Source of the DNA: an uncultured Desulfatitalea sp.
Lineage (GTDB): Bacteria > Desulfobacterota > Desulfobacteria > Desulfobacterales > Desulfosarcinaceae
Assembly (NCBI GenBank): GCA_963668675.2
Contig: CAXXMB010000002.1
Location: 448,001 to 512,000, forward strand
DNA length: 64,000 nt
Direction: 5' to 3'
The position numbers and the translations under genes were made by a program. The notes beneath the pieces are model-generated. The model saw only the letters and a list, made by a program, of their open reading frames with translations, did no database searches and was not told where the DNA came from. Shown here in pieces: positions 59,073-64,000 of this stretch. Within the stretch, counting starts at the first letter, position 1, and every line of letters starts with the position of its first letter.

Positions 59073-60122
59073 ATGTCACCAAACAAGGTCATCCCCGGAT
59101 TCGAGCCTATTATCGGGCAACAATCTCCAATACGGATTCTACAACGTTTTTTGCGTCGGGCTGCCGTGCCCCACGCCCTCCTGTTTACGGGCATCGATGG
59201 CATCGGCAAGCGATCCACGGCCAGAGCGATCGCCATGGCACTGAACTGCAGCAACGGCGCTAAAAGCGTTGCGGAGGGCCCGGCGGCAGCATTCGACCAG
59301 CCATGCCGGCAATGCACCTTCTGCCGCCGGGTGATCGACGCCAAGCATCCGGACGTCATCGAAATGGCACCCCGCAAAGGCATCCTGCGAATTGACCAGA
59401 TTCGCGCGCTGCTCGCCACACTGGCCATGAAACCGTTCAGCGCTGCTTGCCGGGTGGTTATTATCGGCGAGGCCCACACGATGAACCGTGAGGCCGGCAA
59501 TGCACTCTTGAAAATTCTGGAGGAACCGCCGAGAGGCACGATCCTGATCCTCACTGCCCGACAGCGCTCCGATCTGTTGCCCACGATCGTATCGCGCTGC
59601 CGCCATATCCGCTTCAATCCGCTAACGACAGACGCTATCGCCGCTCTGCTCGCCCAAGAGAGGGGGTTGGACGAAACCTCATCGAAAACCCTTGCCAAAG
59701 CGGCCGGCGGAAGTTACACCAGAGCCTTGAGTCTGGCGCAGGGAGGATGGCGCAAACGCCGCGATTGGCTGATCCGCGCGGCCGGTCTGGACCGGAGCGA
59801 TCGTCTGGACCGCTTGGCCTCGGCCCTGGCGTTGGCGTTCGCCTTCGAATTGGCGAAGGATAAGGAGCGCATTGACGAAGACCTGGAGACCATGAAGGCC
59901 TGGATAAGAGACCTGGCCGTTTGGCCTTTCTATCCCCAAAATGTCATCAATGGCGATCGAAGTGAGACGCTGCAGCAGGTGCGGCAGCACCTCAGTGACC
60001 GGCAGTTGATGGAAATGTGGGAAACGCTTGAAAAGGCACAAAAAGATATTGCAGGCAATGCGAACTTGAGATTAACGTTAGATGTAATGGCCCTACGAAT
60101 GGCGGGCTTGCAGGCCGCTTAG
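59073..60122 (+). CDS. holB: DNA polymerase III delta-prime subunit
   Basis: HALLFTGIDGIGK, PCRQCTFC, HPD, NALLKILEEPP, LLPTIVSRC. Confidence 0.93.
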   Translation: MSPNKVIPGFEPIIGQQSPIRILQRFLRRAAVPHALLFTGIDGIGKRSTARAIAMALNCSNGAKSVAEGPAAAFDQPCRQCTFCRRVIDAKHPDVIEMAPRKGILRIDQIRALLATLAMKPFSAACRVVIIGEAHTMNREAGNALLKILEEPPRGTILILTARQRSDLLPTIVSRCRHIRFNPLTTDAIAALLAQERGLDETSSKTLAKAAGGSYTRALSLAQGGWRKRRDWLIRAAGLDRSDRLDRLASALALAFAFELAKDKERIDEDLETMKAWIRDLAVWPFYPQNVINGDRSETLQQVRQHLSDRQLMEMWETLEKAQKDIAGNANLRLTLDVMALRMAGLQAA

Positions 60123-60131
60123 GAGTGGTTT

Positions 60132-60941
60132 TTGAATATGGGAAAAACAATCGGTATACGATTTAAATCCGGAGGAAAAATTTACGATTTCGACTCTGGC
60201 GCATTTGTGCTTCAAATCGGCGACCCCGTGATCGTCGAAACGGAAAAGGGTCTCGGTTTCGGGACCGTGGCAAAGATACCCGGCACGGACAGCGAAAAAA
60301 AGAGTGGGGGCGGGCCGTCAAAGCCTCTGAAAAAAGTCCACCGCAAAGCCACCCAGGCCGATTTCGAGCAGCGGGAGAAGAACCGCGACCTGGAAAAAAG
60401 CGGCCACGCCTTCTGCATCAAAAGTATCAAAGAGCTCGGACTCGAGATGAACCTCTTTTCCGTTGAGGCCACATTCGATGCCAGCCGACTCACTTTCTTC
60501 TTCACAGCCGATGGACGCGTCGATTTTCGCCAGCTGGTCAAGATGCTCGTCAAGCAATTTCACGTGCGCATTGAGATGCGCCAGGTGGGCATCCGCAACC
60601 AGGCCAAAATGTGCGGCGGTCTTGGGCGGTGCGGTCGCGAATTCTGCTGCTCTACATTTATGGAGAAATTCGAGCCGGTCTCTATCCGCATGGCCAAAGA
60701 GCAGGGACTCTCGCTGAACCCCACGAAAATCTCCGGCCAATGCGGTCGTTTGATGTGCTGTCTGACGTTTGAAAACAAAATCTACAGGGAGCTCAAAACC
60801 AAATTCCCGGGTTTGGGTAAAGTGGTCAAAACCAAGGACCACAAAGGAAAAGTCATCCGTCTCAACTACTTCAAGGAGCGCATCTCCTTGCGTGTGGAGG
60901 ACGGAGAAGTCGAAATTGGATTGGATGAAATCATCAGATAG
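60132..60941 (+). CDS. ricT: PSP1/YaaT (RicT) family protein
   Basis: FTADGRVDFRQLV, RIEMRQVG, CGREFCC, KISGQCGRLMCCL. Confidence 0.9.
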   Translation: MNMGKTIGIRFKSGGKIYDFDSGAFVLQIGDPVIVETEKGLGFGTVAKIPGTDSEKKSGGGPSKPLKKVHRKATQADFEQREKNRDLEKSGHAFCIKSIKELGLEMNLFSVEATFDASRLTFFFTADGRVDFRQLVKMLVKQFHVRIEMRQVGIRNQAKMCGGLGRCGREFCCSTFMEKFEPVSIRMAKEQGLSLNPTKISGQCGRLMCCLTFENKIYRELKTKFPGLGKVVKTKDHKGKVIRLNYFKERISLRVEDGEVEIGLDEIIR

Positions 60942-60998
60942 GCGTCGCCCGTAGCACTGTCATTCGGGCTGAAACCATCTTGTTTTTGGGAGAACAGC

Positions 60999-62927
60999 AT
61001 GTCCAAGCCGTTTTATATTACAACCCCCATCTACTATGTGAATGCACGGCCCCACCTGGGGCATGCCTATACAACCATCTGCGCCGATGTCATCAACCGC
61101 TACCACACGATGGTCACCGATGAGACCTTTTTTCTTACCGGTACGGATGAACACGGCGATAAAATCATGCGCGCCGCCAAAAAGGAGAACACGACACCGC
61201 GAGCCTATGTGGATAAAATCAGCGCCCTGTTTCGCGAACTGTGGCCCCAGATGAACATCTCCAACGACCACTTTGTCCGCACCACAGACAAATCGCACAT
61301 CGCGGTCGTCGAAGCGGTGCTGCAGAAAATTTACGACCAGGGAGACATCTACTTCAGCGAATACGAAGGCAAATACTGCTTCGGATGCGAACGCTTCTAC
61401 ACAGACCGTGAACTTGTGGATGGAAAGTGCCCGGACCACGAAACCGAACCGGAGATCATAAAAGAGTCCAACTACTTCTTCAAAATGAGTAAGTACCAAC
61501 AGTGGCTCATCGACCACATCCACGAACACCCGGACATGATCCGGCCGGAACGTTATAAAAACGAGGTGCTGGCCTTCCTGCGCGAGCCGCTGGACGATCT
61601 GTGCATCTCGCGGCCCAAATCGCGCATCAAATGGGGCATCACCCTGCCCTTCGACAACGACTACGTCACCTATGTGTGGTTTGACGCCCTGATCAACTAC
61701 ATATCGGCCATCGGCTATCCCGATGGCCCACGGTTCAAAAAGTTCTGGCCGGTGGTGCAGCACATTGTGGCCAAGGATATTCTCAAACCCCATGGCATCT
61801 ATTGGCCCATCATGCTCAAAGCCGCCGGGCTGCCGATCTACACGCACCTCAACGTGCATGGCTATTGGAACATCGACCAGAGCAAAATGTCCAAAAGCCT
61901 GGGAAACGTGGTCGAGCCCCTGCAGTTGAAAAATGTTTATGGACTGGATGCATTCCGATTCTTTCTGATGCGCGATATGAATTTCGGGCTCGATGCCAGC
62001 TTCAACGAAGAGGCCCTGGTCACCCGAATCAATTCGGACCTGGCAAACGACCTGGGCAACCTCTTTTCCCGGGTGGTCACCATGGCGCACAAGTACTTCA
62101 AGGGGGTGGTGCCCGCGTCGGACCCGGCGACGGAAAACGAGCTGGCGCTGGACATGGAGGCCAGGGTGGTGCGCACCATCGAAACCTACCAGAGGGAGAT
62201 GGAGACGTTTGCCTTCCATAAGGCCCTGGCCGCCATTTGGGAATTCATCAACCGCATGAACAAGATTATCGACGTCACCGCCCCTTGGGAGCTGGCCAAA
62301 AGCAAAGCCTGCGCCCCCCAACTGCAGGCGGTGATCTACAACCTCCTGGAGGGGCTGCGCGTCATCTCGGGTTTGATCTACCCGATCATGCCTGAAACCG
62401 CCGCCACCATGCAAAAACACCTGGGGTGCGACCCTGAAGAAGACTTTCATAAGATGGAGAAAATTGCCGCTTGGAAAAGCCTCTCTCCCGGCACACAACT
62501 GCCCAAATCGCTAACGCTGTTTCCGCGTGTGGAAATCAAAAATGAGAAAACCCCGAGCAGTTTATCACCGGAGGCCAAAACCGTGCAGCCTGAATTGAAA
62601 CCCGAAATTACGATCGAGGATTTTTCACGCATCGATCTTCGCGTGGCCAAGGTGATTCGCGCCGAAGCGATCCCCCGCGCTAAAAAATTGCTGAAGCTGG
62701 AAGTGGATGTGGGCGAGCCGGAGCCACGCACCCTGGTGGCCGGCATTGCCGGCACCTATGCACCGGACGAACTGATCGGTATGCAGGTCATTGTGGTGGC
62801 CAACCTGAAGCCGGCAAAGTTGATGGGGGTACTCTCCAAGGGCATGCTTCTTGCTGCCAGTACGGAGAAGGAGCTGGCCACCCTCAGCGCGAGCAAAGCG
62901 ATGCCTCCGGGAACGCCGATCCGATAG
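60999..62927 (+). CDS. metG: Methionine--tRNA ligase
   Basis: TTPIYYVN..PHLGH, GTDEHG, YVWFDAL, KMSKS, C-terminal tRNA-binding domain. Confidence 0.97.
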   Translation: MSKPFYITTPIYYVNARPHLGHAYTTICADVINRYHTMVTDETFFLTGTDEHGDKIMRAAKKENTTPRAYVDKISALFRELWPQMNISNDHFVRTTDKSHIAVVEAVLQKIYDQGDIYFSEYEGKYCFGCERFYTDRELVDGKCPDHETEPEIIKESNYFFKMSKYQQWLIDHIHEHPDMIRPERYKNEVLAFLREPLDDLCISRPKSRIKWGITLPFDNDYVTYVWFDALINYISAIGYPDGPRFKKFWPVVQHIVAKDILKPHGIYWPIMLKAAGLPIYTHLNVHGYWNIDQSKMSKSLGNVVEPLQLKNVYGLDAFRFFLMRDMNFGLDASFNEEALVTRINSDLANDLGNLFSRVVTMAHKYFKGVVPASDPATENELALDMEARVVRTIETYQREMETFAFHKALAAIWEFINRMNKIIDVTAPWELAKSKACAPQLQAVIYNLLEGLRVISGLIYPIMPETAATMQKHLGCDPEEDFHKMEKIAAWKSLSPGTQLPKSLTLFPRVEIKNEKTPSSLSPEAKTVQPELKPEITIEDFSRIDLRVAKVIRAEAIPRAKKLLKLEVDVGEPEPRTLVAGIAGTYAPDELIGMQVIVVANLKPAKLMGVLSKGMLLAASTEKELATLSASKAMPPGTPIR

Positions 62928-63000
62928 CGGATCGACATCGGGTAAGTTCAGTTAAAGAAACCTGCCGCCGCTCCCAAAAAGGTGGTAAGGGAATGACGAT

Positions 63001-64000
63001 ATGAAAAAACGCATGAGCGATCCGAAGCGACTGCCCAAAAGGCCCAGCTGGCGCGAGTACCAATACCAGCTGAAAAAGCCCGCCAAACATGTTCCCCGGC
63101 GACATCTGGTTCTCGCCCTCTCGGTGGTGTCGGCCCTGGTGATCTGCCTTTACATGGGCTGGCCATCCACCGGCGCCACCAATGTAGCCCCCACAGCATC
63201 GAAAATCGAACCCCTGACGGTTGCCGCGCCCTCATTGAGCAAGAAGGATGTTCAGGTGCTGCTCAGCAGCATCGAACCAAACGAACTGCTGGCCGAGGAG
63301 GTTCACATGCCCTTCAAAGGGCAGGCCTTTACAGTGGAAACCAATCTGGACAAAACACTCCATTCGCGACTGCTCGATGCCATGGATCGCAAAAACTCCC
63401 GCTACATCGGCATTGTGGTCATGGAACCCAAGAGCGGCCGCATCCTGGCCATGGCCGGATTCGACAAAACCGATCCCGGGGCCAACCCCTGCCTTCGCAG
63501 CACATTTCCCGCCGCCAGCCTCTTTAAAATCGTAACGGCTGCGGCGGCGGTCGACCAGTGCGGCTACTCGGGTAAAACCTTGGTCCGATTCAATGGCTAT
63601 AAGCATACGCTCTACAAAAACCAGCTCAAAGAGGTCAACAACCGCTATACGCACACCATCTCCTTCGGGGCCTCCTTCGCCCAATCGATCAATCCGGTCT
63701 TTGGCAAGCTGGGGCAGCTCTACCTGGGCAAACGGACACTGGAAGAGTACGGTCTTGGGTTTGGCTTCAACCAACCTCTCGACTTTGAACTGCCCGTTGC
63801 TCCCAGCAATCTGGTGATTCATGAAAGACCGTATCATTGGGCGGAGATTGCGTGTGGATTCAATGTCGAAACCACCATCTCTCCCCTTCACGCCGCCGTC
63901 ATGGCCGCCTCGGTTCTCAATCGGGGACGCATGATTCCGCCCACCCTGGTAGAGCGCATTGTGGACGACGACGGTCGTGAAATCTACCGCGCCCAAGCCT
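63001..64000 (+). CDS. Penicillin-binding transpeptidase domain protein (partial, runs off the window end; absent from the ORF track)
   Basis: Frame from 63001: TM anchor, VVMEPKSGRILAM, FPAASLFK (SxxK), SIN (SxN). Confidence 0.85.
   Translation, partial: MKKRMSDPKRLPKRPSWREYQYQLKKPAKHVPRRHLVLALSVVSALVICLYMGWPSTGATNVAPTASKIEPLTVAAPSLSKKDVQVLLSSIEPNELLAEEVHMPFKGQAFTVETNLDKTLHSRLLDAMDRKNSRYIGIVVMEPKSGRILAMAGFDKTDPGANPCLRSTFPAASLFKIVTAAAAVDQCGYSGKTLVRFNGYKHTLYKNQLKEVNNRYTHTISFGASFAQSINPVFGKLGQLYLGKRTLEEYGLGFGFNQPLDFELPVAPSNLVIHERPYHWAEIACGFNVETTISPLHAAVMAASVLNRGRMIPPTLVERIVDDDGREIYRAQA

Noticed and set aside
63232..63996. 254-aa minus-strand ORF
   Set aside because: Shadow of the plus-strand transpeptidase gene, which has SxxK and SxN motifs.

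Overview
Mostly ~58-62% GC (by eye) chromosomal DNA from what looks like a sulfate-reducing deltaproteobacterium (Desulfobacterales-like; inferred from gene content, not from a search). 1-7.4 kb is the edge of an AT-rich island abutting the 3' end of tRNA-Leu(CAA). It holds a PEGA protein, ORFans and a truncated IS21 into which a complete IS66 is nested, flanked by an unusually long 227-bp direct duplication. The rest is largely core genome: MCP, tsaC, a purD-purE fusion, ddl, tesB, sod, PBPs, ftsK, rnj, ferredoxin, tmk, surE, lptD, a NusG paralog, IHF/HU, holB, ricT and metG. Three findings stand out. (1) A 98-codon gene missing from the ORF track (19357-19653, minus) has a signal peptide, an in-frame TGA followed by a SECIS-like hairpin, and an MsrA/HMA-like sequence, so it is a candidate exported mini-selenoprotein. 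It ends a co-oriented run of SOD, OmpR-type two-component system and a Met-pentapeptide/DM13 lipoprotein, which may be an undescribed periplasmic methionine-redox defence module. (2) A cysteine synthase is fused to a CysRS whose zinc ligands and KMSKS motif are degenerate. (3) A nine-CxxCH HAO-like cytochrome is fused to membrane and cytochrome b5 domains. REP doublets, a MITE, a 124-bp palindrome and sigma28/sigma54 promoter matches are also visible. All calls are by eye; no database searches were run.
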